A DNA stretch of 58,368 nucleotides, counting the filler, from Sluysia triapertura (lineage: Eukaryota): NCBI GenBank assembly GCA_046118255.1. It is 4 parts of 4 records of this genome, joined end to end, with 100 filler letters (N's around TTAATTAATTAA, not from the genome) between each part and the next. Parts side by side here need not be neighbours in the genome. Positions count along the whole stretch, not along the records: positions 17,133 to 34,310 come from JBJNIA010191384.1; positions 34,411 to 47,183 come from JBJNIA010083144.1; 2 more parts are not named here. One strand, 5' to 3'. Each line of letters begins with the position of its first letter. The first letter of the stretch is position 1. The translations under genes were made by a program, and so were the position numbers. Shown piece by piece: positions 23,075 to 37,400 of this stretch. The notes beneath the pieces were generated by a model. It worked only from the letters and a program-made list of their open reading frames with translations. It searched no databases and had not been told where the DNA came from.

Positions 23075-26000
23075 TTATTTTTTTTTATTTTTTTTCTTTA
23101 ACATATTTATATGATCCTTGAATATTGAATCACGGACTTCACGATCGATTTTTTCGCAAATGTCATCCCATCTATCATCTTTTCTTAAAAGTCTTTTAAC
23201 GTCTTTCCAGGAATCATCAGAATTTCTGACTAAATCAGTTAATAAAACTTTAAAAGCCTGTTCTGCTTCAGATTTCAAATAATTATCACGTTCTTTATCT
23301 CTATCTCGCAAAGCAGAAGATATAGATTCTTTAACTTCTTTTTCTCTTTCTCGTAAACTAGCCTCTTGTCTTTCTTTCTTTTCTTTTTCATCTAAACTAT
23401 CAGTCTAAATACAATAATTAATAATATTTAAATTACTTTTATTTTTTTGATATAATCTTTAAACCAATCTTCCCTTTTCGACGAACTATCTATTGCTTTA
23501 TATCTTGGATCATTATCAATTTTTTTTCTTACATCAGACCAATGTGAAGCTTTTGTTAATTTTTGCTCTTTTAAAAGCGATAGAAATTGTTGTTTTACCT
23601 AAATAAAAATAATTTAAAAAATATTGAATTTAAACTCATCTGAAATACCATAAAATTTTCAATAAAAGTTAAAACTAATTATTTAGATTTTGTATTTAAA
23701 AATAATTTATTACTGAATTTAACTATCGCATAGCTCGCACTACTAATTTTGATATTTTTTAAAGTTTATCCACGTATAACGGAACATTTATGCATTATCA
23801 AAATTAATAAATTAATTTTGAAGTTTTAGAATTAAAGAAATTTTATTTATTATCCTCACCACATACCGCCAAATTTTTATTCCATGTGATAAAAAATAAC
23901 ATTAAGTTTTCATCTGCAATTAAATTCTAAATTCTTTATCACAAACGGGCTGTAACGAACATTACCAAAACGTGTACGCAAAATCTTATCCTCTAGTTAA
24001 ACATTTCCAAGCCTCCCATTCTATTGATGCTAATATCACAAGATTTATTACTAATTGTTTGTTTAGCATTTTGTTATATGGACCTTCATATTACATGACT
24101 AAGACTTGATTTCATGAAATACCTCAAAGATACCAATCACGAGAATTGTGATTTTATTTTTTATTCAATAAAATATTTTACTAAGGCAATATACGTTTGT
24201 GATTGTATGTATTTCAAAACATCCAAGTAAATAAAAATATTTCCAGATTAACAGTTAACTACCAAAACTAGTTACCACTAACTTTGAAGGCACTGTTTTA
24301 GTATTTTGGTCAAATATCAAACATTTTAATGCGTGATTATCGTAAAAGTATCGATAACTGCTTTGCCGTAAATGTCAAAATTAAATTTTCAACAATTCGT
24401 GGATTATAAAATAATTTCATGTTACTGAAAATCCAAATGGTGCAAAATATTAAACAAATTAAAATAATTTTACAAACAATTAAAATGCTAACGTTAATGA
24501 ATTAAACTTAACGTTTGGATATAAATTCATTTATACATCATTAGCAACTTGGACAATAAATTCAATTATTGTATAAAATATCCAAAAATAAAATATAATT
24601 CACAACTTTACTAAGAGCTTAGTTTAAAATCGAAATTACCTAATTTGAAAATACAATTTATCAATAAATTCGTAACTATTTTTTCATTAAATAAGCCACA
24701 ATTTGATATATCCTAATTTCGTTTACATAAAATATTATAAAAGTCAAACCAATACATTTTATAATATATGCATAACTTAGCAATTTAATAATTTCAATAA
24801 TCAATAAGTTTTAAGTCACATATTCGTAGATTTGATAACGCCAAAAATAAATTTAAAATACAACGGAAAATTTACATTATTTATTAACTATTTAAATTAA
24901 GATTTTACTATTAAATCTTATATTAGAGCATTAACACTGCATCTACAGTAGCTGTTAAAAGAAACTTTAAAATTAACTTCAAAATTATTTTTCAAGTTTA
25001 ACATAGTTACCAAAGATTTGTACTTAATTCATGGTAATGATTGGTTTAAAAAAACTAAATGTTTATTAAAATTGATTAACTTAAAAAATTACTTTAAAGT
25101 TAATTTTTAAGTCTTTTGAAATACAAAAATTCAAGTAAAATAAATAATTCTTACTGTGCATTATAGTTTGTGTTATGAATCTTAAAATCGAAAGCTTTAC
25201 TATTTTACTTTACTTTTTGAATTCATTTTCATATAAAATTAGCATAATTAGTTTAACATTATCCTTACTCACCATATATAATAAAATTTAAACCGCTTTG
25301 AACACGAAGACTCTTTTGGTAGCCCTAAAATTTAACATTTACAAACTCTATAAAACCTTGAAATAATTCATATACTATATACCAATACATAATTAACCAG
25401 GACAGCAAACCCACCGTGTTTCATATTCCACTATGAATAGAATAAAATATATTTGATCTGACACTTCTTCTCAATAACTAAAATTGATTTTATTTCAAAA
25501 ATTCAAAATCTGCAACTGATAAAAACATTTCATAAATTATAAATAATATCTACCTAAGAAAATATTTTGTATTTTTACATTGTCATTACATTACATAATC
25601 TTATATTATGTTAAATCTATATAAATTTCACGTAATGACTTCAGCCTAATTTGCAATTACAATATTTAAAATTTCAAAAAATCAAATTATTTTATTTTTT
25701 ATCAAGGGTTTAAGTACATTTTTTATGAATTTCTTTACCATATAATGTTACCGAAACTATTTTTTCTAATATCTTGTACACAGAAAAATAAATATCAAAT
25801 CCTAAACAAATTTAAAACCAAATAAAATTTTAATTATTAATTTAAACTAAGCCAATTTTTATTATGTATTAAGTGTAACTAACAAATATAATCTCTAGAA
25901 TCGGAGTAGCAAATGGAGCAGCATCTAGAAGTTAACTATCGATTCCTACCTGCCCAATTGATCATTCAGAAATGCTAGCAAATTAAAGAAATATTATTTA

Positions 26001-29000
26001 AGGAAGATGATTACTATTTTTCTGCTTCATCTGTGGAACTACAGTAATTTCTTTCTTAGCTATCCTTAATACATTTACGTGAGTAAATAGTAAAACTTTA
26101 ATCATTTTTAATATTTTGATGTTTAACTTATTCTTATTATTCATTATTCTTGTTTTAGTTAACTAAAGTGTAGCAGAACGTCAGTGGCAATATAGTAAAC
26201 TTACTGCTTCACCTGAACTGTACAATCAACTATGAATACGCAAATACAGTTGCACTAATTGAAGTTTTTATGAATTAGAATATGTTCACAAAATATAATT
26301 TTCGGCCTTTTATCTACAAAACTAATTATTTTTCTAAAACATTTGTTTTCATTTAAAATTCATATATTTTTAATGTTTGTAAAATCGATACATTTTGATT
26401 ACACTACTTAAAATTAAGCAATTTTCTTTCGCTAGTATGCATAAAACTTTAAAAATAATTTTTAATATTTAACTGATATCTTGAAACATTTTTTACGAAC
26501 AGTCATAAAACCCATTAATGAGTCCAACCATATCGTGAGCTGCAAGAGACATTTCTTAAATAAAATTAAGCTTTAAGTAAATTAATGCCCATAAAACCGT
26601 GTATTTCTTATGAACAATTTAAAGTATGTATGAGTTGAAGATCAGAAGAATTACTGTCACGTCCAAAATAAAATATACAGATATTATATGCACATTAATA
26701 TTAGGTGACTAAGGCGTAATTATAGTCATTTATAAAATTAATCCTTTAACTTTCAAATTATAATTCTGTAAATAGTTATATATGTACATAATTTTAAAAT
26801 TACAACCAGTAAAAAATAAAACCTACTAAGTTTTGGAGTAAGAAAGAAATTACCGTATTGGTTAATAAGAACATGTGAAAAATCTAAATATTTAGATTTA
26901 GATACTTGTATTAAAAATATTTTAATTTTGCTTAAAATGCATAACGCAGATTATCAACATTTTAAATTCGATATTTATATTGTTATCGTTTAAGATTTGC
27001 ATACTTCAAATTCGTTAATGCATGCCGGATAATTATTACTTAAATACATTAAAATAGCTTTAACTATTTAATAATAACTATTTAACTATTTAAAAATAAT
27101 ACCATTCATTCTAGTAATATAAGTATTACTAGAATGAATGGTATTATTTTTATTAAATAATAATAGCATTTAATTGTAGCATTTCGGTTATTACGATTTT
27201 TTATGATTATTTTTGTATATATTATGTGCCTCTTAGCTTTTTTATTTGTTTAATAATTATTTCGAAATTTCAAATTAACATTAAAATGAATTATGCAAAA
27301 ATAATTTAAAACCTTCAATTTTTCGTAAGTGTGGTCAATTGTAATTTATATATTGCCAAATAGTCGTGATTATAAAGCGAAACTCGGTACATCAACATAG
27401 TAAAACGATTAGATATTTCGGTGTTCAAATCAAGTCCCAAACAATCAAAACTAAGTCATAGGATCATCCAGCAAAATAGACTTACAGTTTTTAAATATGG
27501 ACTAACAAGTAAAATAATTTCCATATTTTTATTTAGGTTAAAATAATAAATTTAGGTTTTAATTGAGAAAATGAATTTCACAAACCAGAGTTGCATAATG
27601 CCCAAATATATTTTAATACAGTTATCTTTACTGTTATTCAGGTTGTGAAATACAAAAAATGTATCAAAACTGTTCCGTACTGGTATGCGAATAGTGCGTG
27701 GTATCCTGACAGCACGCTTTAAGGGCAGCAATATCAGATCTAACTAATAATTAAAAGTACATTTTAAAAATTTTCGAATTCGATTTAATTTATTGATTTA
27801 CTATTAATTATTTAGTTCAATTTCAAAATTAAATATGTTCATCTCGGTTTCTGGAAAATTATCAAAAACTAGGCAAATTATTTTACATTAAAGTGTAAGA
27901 ATTGCTAATTATCTTCATTGTCAAATCCAATTTTCAAAATTTTTATAAGGACAAAAATAGAGTGACCCATGTTAATACTTTTAATTCTTGAAAACAATAA
28001 GTTTTAGTTTCATTAAGAGAAAAATGAAACTGTGACCAGATCACTATATATTTAATGCATAATTTGAATCTTGCTTTGAATTTAATATAGCAATGTTAAT
28101 TTATCAAGTAATTTAATATTAAATTAATTTTAAAATAAGGAATCGCATAAATTTTCAAAAATATTAATTCATTAACTGATTTATCCGTCCTGGATATTGG
28201 CAGGTGCGAAACTATCGTTTCAAGAAATAATGTAATGTACATTGAATTTTTAAATTAATAAATATTAGCACTTATCAAATTTAATATATCATACTATAAA
28301 TCAAAAAATCTTGGCAAAATTTTAAAGAAATTTTCTAAATAATTAATCTGACAAAGAATTAAATTTTACATTCATTTTTGATTTAAACTAATGTTTTACT
28401 TTTAATTTGATGCAACATAGTCTATTAAATAACAGTATAAGTACAAATTAAAAACAATCTTGAATTTAAACCTTCCAAAACAAAAAATACACAATAGTTA
28501 TTTTTTAAGTTTTAATCGAATCTACACTTTATTTGTTTAGTGCAACACTAACAAGCAAACCTAAGATTTAAATTCACAGTTAGTTGAGTCATACGTTCAC
28601 GAGACTTGAATTTCCTGTTATTAATGTATGATACAAAAGTAAATTTGAGTTATGTACATAAATTTTGAGAAAAAGTAGCATCACAACAAATAGAACACAT
28701 TTTAATAAAATGCAGTAACCAACCCTGTGTTTGTGATTGTAATTAAAATTCATCTAACATTTATTTTCATATTCTTTTAATACTTTATTTTTTGTTTCTT
28801 AAAAGCAAAACATTGTGATTGTGTAAAACTTTGTGTTGCACTTTTGTTAACTTTTAATTTTGATAATTATTTTTATGTAAATTTTATCAAATTACACTTT
28901 GAATTTCAATTTATTTAGAAAATAAAGCCATTTGTAATGGATTATTATCCTTTAAATTGTCTAAACAAACTATTATACATTTTCTAATATTTATATTCTT

Positions 29001-32000
29001 TAAGCTTCTTGAGAAAATTTTTAATGTTCTTAAAAATATTTGATTCATTAATAACTCATTAATTCTTTTTGAAAATATCTTAAGTTGCTGCTTAATAGTT
29101 AATCCGATAGCTGCCATATTTGATTACTCTTAATTTTTCATTTCTTTTGACATTAATCTTTACATTTATATTATCCGTAACATATAAAATAAATATAAGC
29201 TTCATTATAATTAGCAATATCAAACACAGATAAATGAATTCGTAATACTTTTTAATTTTTTAGAATTATAGTTAATTAAAGAGATTATGTTTAATGTTAC
29301 TTTATTTTTGCTTTTTAAATTAAATAATTTAAATAAATCAACTATATAATAAACTCCTCTCACTTGTATATTTAATAAAGGAGTTAGTTAAGTTTTATTT
29401 TAGTCAGAAGTGATTGATAAAGTAAAAGGTATATTATTGAATACTCCCATCAAGCTAAACATTAATACATTTTCATTTAGGGTTTTTATTTTGAATAAAT
29501 AAATTTTTGTAATAAACTTTTGATTCTACCTTAAATTTATTCACTTTTTAATTCTTAAATTTGAACATTTGTTTTAAATTTATTACTGTTAATATAATTT
29601 TGATGAATTTAAAACGAGAGCTTTCACCTTAGATAAAGCATAGTACAAAATCAACAACTTACATCAAATTAATCGAACCTTGCAAACCACAATTACATTA
29701 AACTATGTAACTGATTAAATTACATTAGAAATTATAATATTTAAAATCAAATTTCAATACTTCAGATAAGTTAACCAAAATAAATAAAAAATATATTGAA
29801 ATAAATTTTGACAAATATTAGAAAATAAAACTTTTACACAACCTATATAATTAATGTAAATAAAAAACATTATTCACGTACATAAGTTAAATCACGGCTA
29901 AAATATAACTTTACATGTACAATAATTTATATTTTAAGTCATTACAAAATTAAATAATCACAGTGAATTCCGACTATTAAAAAGTTTAATAAATGAACTA
30001 TATGAATTTATATTAATTTTTAAAATATAATTAAACACATTTTATTATATTGTAATACTACTCAATTTTACGCTTAAATTATACACTTAAAATCTTATTT
30101 AAATATGATGTAAATCCAGACAATTTTAACCCATCAATTAATTTTTAATACTCAAAGCGGTTTCAAACTACTTCACAGTCATTAAATGGCAAACAAAGTT
30201 TTTAGTCATACAATCTGGAGTTATTGGTTATATTTAAATTGGATTCATTCATATTACAAAAACATAATAATTAAAGTTCTTATGGCATCCATTAAATTAT
30301 AAAGTTATTAAAAAAATAAACAGTTGAATATTCACTATAAATTATTATATTAAATCTAACAAATTCTAAAGCATTTGATTTAATTTATTTTAATTACATT
30401 ATAAAAATTTGTTAATACTCACTTTGTCTTTATGTTTATCATCTTTTTCTTTCTTTTTTAAATCACTTATAAAGTCATTAAATAAGGACTCGCGATCACG
30501 AGACTTTTCTATTGCTTTAAAACGGTCATCTTTAGAATATTTACTTGAAAAATCAGAATATGAGGACCTATATTATTAATAAAACATAACTAAAACATAC
30601 TTTAGATTGAGATTTGCTTCTTTCAATAATTTCCGAAAATATTCTTTCTTTTCACGTTGTAAATTCTTTTTTTCTTTTCTTTCTTCCTCGGCTCTCTCTT
30701 TTACAAAACTTTCGAAAGCAACTTTGCGCTCCTTACTAGTAAGCAATAAGTAACGAGAATCAAATACTATCTTATGTAATTCCTTTTCCCAGGTCGAAAA
30801 GGCAGATACCTGTTTTTCAATTAATAATTCTCTGAATTGGCACAATCTATTTTCTAACGGCAATAATGCTCTTTCTTTAGCAGCTCGTTCTGCAGCTTCT
30901 TTAGCAGCTTCCTTAGATAATGGCACCATTTCTTTATTAGAAACTTCATTGCTATCATTTGCACCAGAATCACTTTGTTCATTATCCAAATCTTCAGATG
31001 AATCAGACTCATTAATATCTCTAAAAAAAATATGTTCTATAAAATGTAAATGAAACGAATTTAATAAATTTAATAAAATGTTTTCAAATTACTAACAACT
31101 TTTTTTTCTTTGAAGGAGGTTCATCCAAAGAATCATTATCAGATGATTTCTTATCTTTTGAAATTTCCTTAGGAGGCTCTTCTAACATCCTATCAACGTC
31201 AGAACGTCCTTTTAATTCATCCGGTCGTTCCCAAACACTTAATCTTTTTGCAGGATTGAAAAAAAATACTCTCCCATCCCCAGTCCAAACAATGCACCAT
31301 GGAGTTCCACTTACAGGTGTACTTGATACAGGTTTAGATTTATCTTTTATTTTCGATTCATCAGTTTGTTCATTTTCGTCCTCATCATCCACAGATTCCT
31401 TAAATACAAGTTAATCAAACATAGGTTAATGAGAACTGACTATTCTAATAAATATTAAAGATTTAAATATTGATATTAATCGAAGATAATACATAATCTT
31501 AAAATATCTTGTTCATTTGAATCCACAATTAATTAAACTAATAGAAATGCAAATATCATTCGAAAATTAAAAACTGCAAAACTATTTGAGAAATTAACAT
31601 ACCTCCGAATCACTTGAATCTTCCTTTACTTCTTGGATTTTTTCACTTGTATCATTTACTTTTGTAGCAGAATCAGAATGTTTTTCATTTTTATTTTGAT
31701 TGTCTTCTATAAAAGATATTTTATCAAATAAAGTTTTATTTTTATAATATATTCCCAAAAAAACTAACTTTCCCAGTCTTGTAAAACTTGTGGTTTATCC
31801 CACGTAGTAATACCAGTTCTTCTGTTGTGATAGTATAATCGACCATCAGGAGCTTTGTATTCATTCCACTCTATAACTTCAGGCGGCTTAGTCTGGGTAC
31901 TTATAACTTCAGTTGTCTGTATAGGTGCAGATGATATAATAGTTTGATTTTTATTAGCAACTATAGCGTCAAGTTCTGTTTGTAAAATTATCTGTTAAAA

Positions 32001-33567
32001 CATAAATTATACTAAAAATCAAACACTACAATAAAAATTATTTTAAAATTAGTCCATAACTTAATTTAAAATTCCTGTGCTACATTGTTTTTCAAATCAG
32101 ATTGGTTATTCAGAAACCGTCTAGTAATTATTATATTTAGTTAAAATCTGACTAAAATCAATTTTGATATTTTAAATTTACAATTACTGTCAAATGACTA
32201 AACATTTGTAACAGCTTCGAAAGAGTTACAAACATTCTAAGTTTTTAATGGAAATTATGAAAAGTAATTATGTTAATTGTAACTTACTTTAACACCCTGG
32301 GGGCGCTCCCACGTGGTTTGTCTTGTTTTCCAATTATAATAATATGATCTACCATCGTTTGTTGGATTTTGAATCCAAACATTATCTTCATTTAAGTTTT
32401 CTATTGTAAGAGGTTTTTCAGTCTGAGTGGGTATATCCATTGGAGGAAATGAAGCTGGAAAATTAGGTGGTGGGATTCCTATAGGTCGAAATATACCTGG
32501 AAAACGAAATGGTGGTGGATAAAAAGGCAGATCCTTAGCTTTTGGATCTATATTACCTTCATTGAATGGCATCCGTTGATCTGGTCTGGGAGGGTATCTA
32601 AGTCTCGGATCAATAATTTCAGGTCTAGACATAAACGGTGGTGGCATATTTGGAGGAGGATTATTTAGGGAAACGGGCATCTGTGGGGGAAATCCAGGCG
32701 GAACAGGAGTTTGACTAAATGGCCTGGATACACCAATTCCAGGTCTTGGAGCACTCATTACATCTGGTGGCATATTGGGCGGCACTCCCATTGGTCTATT
32801 CATGTGTGGAGGTGGACCTGGCCTAGGTGGATACGGATGCCCATTATTGATCATACCAATACGAGGTCTAATTATGCCTGGAAGTGGATTTCTAGGATCT
32901 AGAAGCAACGGCCTTTCTTTGTTTTCTATTGCGGAATCTAGTTTTTCTTCAAAGTTTTCATCTAATTTTTCATTCTCATTCTGGTTTTCGTCTTTATCTT
33001 CAAGTGCGTCATCAGACTGCATTCTAGACTCTTCTATGCCTTCCATTCTAGGTCTAAATATAGGATATCTACCCGGTGGTAAACGATTCATATGAAGAGG
33101 CATTCTAGGCATTCCTTCTCTAACCATAGGCATGCGATTAGGCATAAATGGATATCTCTCACGAAAGTTTTCATTGAATTCCCGTGGACGCATATCCGAC
33201 CTAGGTGGCATCACTCTAACATCTATATTTTCAGAATTCAATAGTCGTTCTCGTTCTGCCGGGTTAACTTGCCGAGAATAACCAGATAGTCTTTGTTCAA
33301 ATCTATTGAAGGGTCTACAAATATCAAAACAAAATATTTTGTTTATAACCTTAAACCTGACCGCTGAGATAGAGGTGCAGCATTTCGGTTAAAAGGATGT
33401 CTAGGTAATCTTGGAGTCCCAGGTCGCGTGCTTCGCTCATCTTGTATACTAAAGAAACTTAAAATATTTTAAACATCTTACAATGGTGGAGGCCGAACAA
33501 AAGATTGATTTAAAGGTGGAAACGATTTCACATCATGAGAAATATTTTCATTCACAGTTTCATCCAT
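23075..33567 (-). CDS. TCERG1: Transcription elongation regulator 1 (CA150): Pro-rich N-terminus, 3 WW, 4 FF domains
   Basis: Phase-consistent GT-AG exons: 33567-33482, 33448-33350, 33314-32288, 31991-31769, 31706-31603, 31398-31097, 31020-30601, 30567-30423, 23598-23437, 23404-23075. WW1 [21 protein letters not shown]; WW2 [21 protein letters not shown]; WW3 [28 protein letters not shown]; FF1 [23 protein letters not shown]. Confidence 0.93.
27091..27152. repeat. Perfect 29-bp inverted repeat with a 4-nt loop, in the 6.8-kb TCERG1 intron
   Basis: TAAAAATAATACCATTCATTCTAGTAATA-TAAG-TATTACTAGAATGAATGGTATTATTTTTA. Confidence 0.9.
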
Positions 33568-33890
33568 ATTCGTTATTTACTGTTTCAAATTTTTTAAAAC
33601 GTTAAACACAAATCAAATTTTAATATAAATTTTAAACAAATTAGATGATGAATAAAAATTAAAAGAATATTTTTAAATTTATTTATGTTAATAAATTTTA
33701 TTAACTTATTACCTTTTGTAACTATTAATTATTTTTAATGAATTGTTTTGTTAATTTATTTAATGTTTAGGTAGTACAATATAAAATTTTGATTTATTGA
33801 AATTTAAATATTATAAATTTAAGCATAAAATATTATAACAAACGCTAATAAGAAACTTTTTTAAAGCATATCTTAAATATTTAATGATTA

Positions 33891-33950
33891 ATAGCTAACT
33901 GTTCAAACAAATAGCTAACTGTTCAAACAAATTGCTAACTGTTCAAACAA
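33891..33950. repeat. 3 x 20-bp tandem repeat upstream of TCERG1
   Basis: ATAGCTAACTGTTCAAACAA x3, with one substitution in copy 3. Confidence 0.9.
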
Positions 33951-34148
33951 GCAGCGTAAAAATGATTTCAAACATTTCTGTTTCTATCGAAATTTAAATA
34001 AAATTAAGTGCTATAATAGTATTATATTAAAGTTATTTAAAAGTTCAAAATTATTTCAGTTTCTGCGAAAATAAGTGAATTAATTGTCGAACAATTAATT
34101 TTTATTTTTAAGAAACTGAAACATCAGTATTTCTATATACGTTCTTAA

Positions 34149-34310
34149 TGTGGTGGCCAACACTCACAACCACTAAAAATTTATTTAAATTTCACAACAT
34201 CTAAATTACAATCATATTCAACATTATCAATTTACATTAACTATTTCACAAAAATCATAACTCGACATTCACATTAACCCAACAATAAACTCATTCGAAA
34301 TAATACATCT
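34149..34310 (+). repeat. Dispersed C/A-rich repeat (homologue of 38320-39030), cut by the contig end
   Basis: TGTGGTGGCCAAC..CAACCACTAAAA..CACAACATC..CAATTTACATTAA..ACTCGACATTCA..CATTCGA are shared in order with 38320-38570. Confidence 0.75.
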
Positions 34311-34410
34311 NNNNNNNNNNNNNNNNNNNNNNNNNNNNNNNNNNNNNNNNNNNNTTAATTAATTAANNNNNNNNNNNNNNNNNNNNNNNNNNNNNNNNNN
34401 NNNNNNNNNN
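34311..34410. other. Artificial contig-join linker
   Basis: N44-TTAATTAATTAA-N44. Confidence 0.97.
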
Positions 34411-34426
34411 TACATTTATTCTTACA

Positions 34427-34427
<1 letters not shown>

Positions 34428-34493
<66 letters not shown>
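34428..34493. repeat. (TTA)n microsatellite
   Basis: Direct read; at the contig start. Confidence 0.95.
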
Positions 34494-34497
<4 letters not shown>

Positions 34498-37400
34498 ATT
34501 TGTAATTTTTCGTTCTTATTATATTTACAAAAACACATAAATGTATATGTGTTCTTTTCTTAATTTCTTAATTTCTTTCAATTTTTTAATATTAACTAAA
34601 ATAAAATTTTATGTACGCATTCTTGTAAATGTTGAATAACTTTAACTTACGCTTTTTCGGAATTAAATGTGTGAGTCCCTTACGATCCTGAAATTACTCA
34701 CTTAAGAGCTAGTTTGTAAGTGTCAGCGAAAGATGAAATTGGAGAATGGAGGTCAATTATGAACAATGATTCAGGTGGACATTATTTTACTGATATTCTA
34801 CTTCCGCTTTTACAGCGAGGTTACCTTTTATTTGATATTTTTTATTAGATCCTAATATTTAAAAAGGATTTTAACATAACATAAAGGATCTTAATAATAA
34901 CATAATTAAGTATTATTATGTTAAAAATTTTGATCAAATTATTATTCTGTACTTTTTAATAATTTAAAACTATAAGCGTTGATTTACTTAGTTAAGTGCA
35001 CGTTAAAGTGTTTTATATAGGTCTTAATAATTTTTAATTGGATATTATATCGTAAATTTAAAAATCTTTTTGCTTCTGTTGAGTCTTTAAAAATTTATGC
35101 GTCATTTCTTTGCTTTTACTGTATTCAAATTTCGTCAAATTTAGATATGTATGAATACTTTATAAATTTTGTACGTGCTTGAAAATCTCTTGTTCTTCAC
35201 TATTAATTTAAATCTCTTTATGAATTCTTATAATATTCTGAACTTCTCTATTAATGTTATCAATTTATATTAAACTTAACTGGAGGTATGAATTAATATA
35301 CCCGTCCTTGTTGTTCAGGATATAAGTGCTTAATTATCTAATTAAACCTTTGGTACTAAAGACTAATTACAAATTTCTATAATTATGATTAATATTAAAG
35401 GAATTTCACTTTATGCCTCTATTCCCAACCCTAAGTTTATCAATAAACAGTAAAACAATAAAAACAATGAATTTTATTTTAACATAAATTAATATTTTTA
35501 TTTTACAAAAATTTACAAAATAGTTGTTACAATATATAATAGACAAACCTGATGTATAAATAAAAATCATATGATTAAATGTTCTGGATCTAATATATTT
35601 TTACTGGATATATTTATATTTACTCTAAGTTAATTTTGATCGACTTTTATGCTCTTAAAATTTGATATCATTTTGTTATTATTAATTCTCATTTTAGGAT
35701 AACTTTTTGACTATAATAGTAAGATTTAATATTTATAAATTCTAATTTCAAATTAACTTCATAGAATCTAACTTTAAAAAGATTATTTCTACATTTTCAC
35801 TTTAAATTTAATTGTTATTTGTTATTAAATTTTGAATTAATATTGATTATATGTAATCTAATTTTAAATTGATACTAAATCATTATAATTTTATAATTAT
35901 TAAAAATAAATTTATTTTATTAAAAATGATAAATTATTTTATCAATTAAAACTGATTAAAATTAAAGTGAAGAATGAGCATTATGTTATGTCTATAAATC
36001 TTACATAGGGTGCTTATAAAATTATGTATACAGTTGAAGTACATCAAAGTGATCTATAAATTATATTAATATAAACTATAATGAGTAATATTTTTATAAT
36101 TTGTGCAATTCCACTTCTGTTTTTCAATCATCAATTCGCCATTTTACATTTTCTCTGTGTTAATCAAGTTTATCAATCAACATTCTTATTCAGACAATTT
36201 TTGTATTCGTGGCAAAACATTATTGAATCTATCAATTTTATCAGTTCCATGAGTGCAGTAATTCGTTTTCCTTAAGGTGTTTTATCTTCCTCGAGGAGGT
36301 AAAAGTCATAACGCTAACTTAAATTACTCTGTAAACGAATTTTTATAACCAGGTCTATTGAGGGGAACATTTCAAACCAAAACTCATTAATAAATTAAAT
36401 ATTCTGTTGAATTACAATTTTAAAATTTGATTTTTATTTGTCTATCTTGTTCTATAAATATTTTGTATTTTTAATAATATTTTACATTTTTTAATTATTA
36501 TTATTAATACAAAAAAACTTAAATAATCAGATTGATGAGGCCATCATACATAAAATTCTTTTGATTCACGAACAAATAGTTATAGGAACGCTATAACCGG
36601 ACGTTTGGATTTAAGAAAACTATATAAAATATACCGATAAATAATATATAATAATAATTGATGATGAGAATTTCTAAATTCTAAAATAAATTAATAATTT
36701 TATAAAATTAATTATATTTAGTTACATATATTGATATAACAGAGATAGAACGTAAAACACAAACTTACGAAAATCTTTGGTTGATTGAATTAATATGATC
36801 TTTTGTGACCAAATCTTATTTTCTGACGTTCACCAATTTATATTATCAATTTAACGATTAGCACCAATTGAACCAATATAAATTTGACAAGACTAAGTTG
36901 AGCCAACGTAAATCTAAACCAAAAAGATAATGGATTTATGGACGAATAGCACCGAATTTACACGACAATTTCAACGACAAATAGAATAACTCAACTTTTA
37001 GAATTCTGTAGAATCTTATGTTAGAATTACGTTTTTATATTAAATCAACCAACTACAATTTGTGTACTGTAAATTATTTATTTAAAATTTCATTAAGGAA
37101 AAAAATTTTATTTATTTTATTTACTTATTTTGTAATTTATGTTTTAACTTCAGGAATCCACAGGTAGTTAATTATATTTTTTCAATATTATTATTGTTGT
37201 GAAAATTTTGCTGTTTTTGCTTATTGATATATCTTACGTGAGTCTTCTTTGCCACTGGGCTTACTCACTCAAGGGCCAGCATATAGATATCAGCGTCGAA
37301 AGATAAATACGGAAAATGGGAGGTCAACGATATGTCAATAAATTTTTGATTATACGATATATATGATCAAAATAGATTTAATTCTGGTCAAACATGTCTT

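Noticed and set aside
23060-23077. TAA/TAG reassignment to sense codons (also the single stops at 562 and ~47048)
   Set aside because: More than 1500 codons of conserved exons contain no in-frame TAA/TAG, and Gln uses CAA/CAG; in so AT-rich a genome a reassigned TAA would be common.
27675-27705. MIB/HERC2-like GMRIVRG..PD fragment
   Set aside because: Too short, needs a frameshift, and lacks the following W-x-W.
32711-33095. Plus-strand ORFs 32711-32902 and 32775-33095 (likewise 54208, 54470, 56060, 56713, 50541)
   Set aside because: Antisense shadows of real TCERG1, CPSF2 and SGPP exons.
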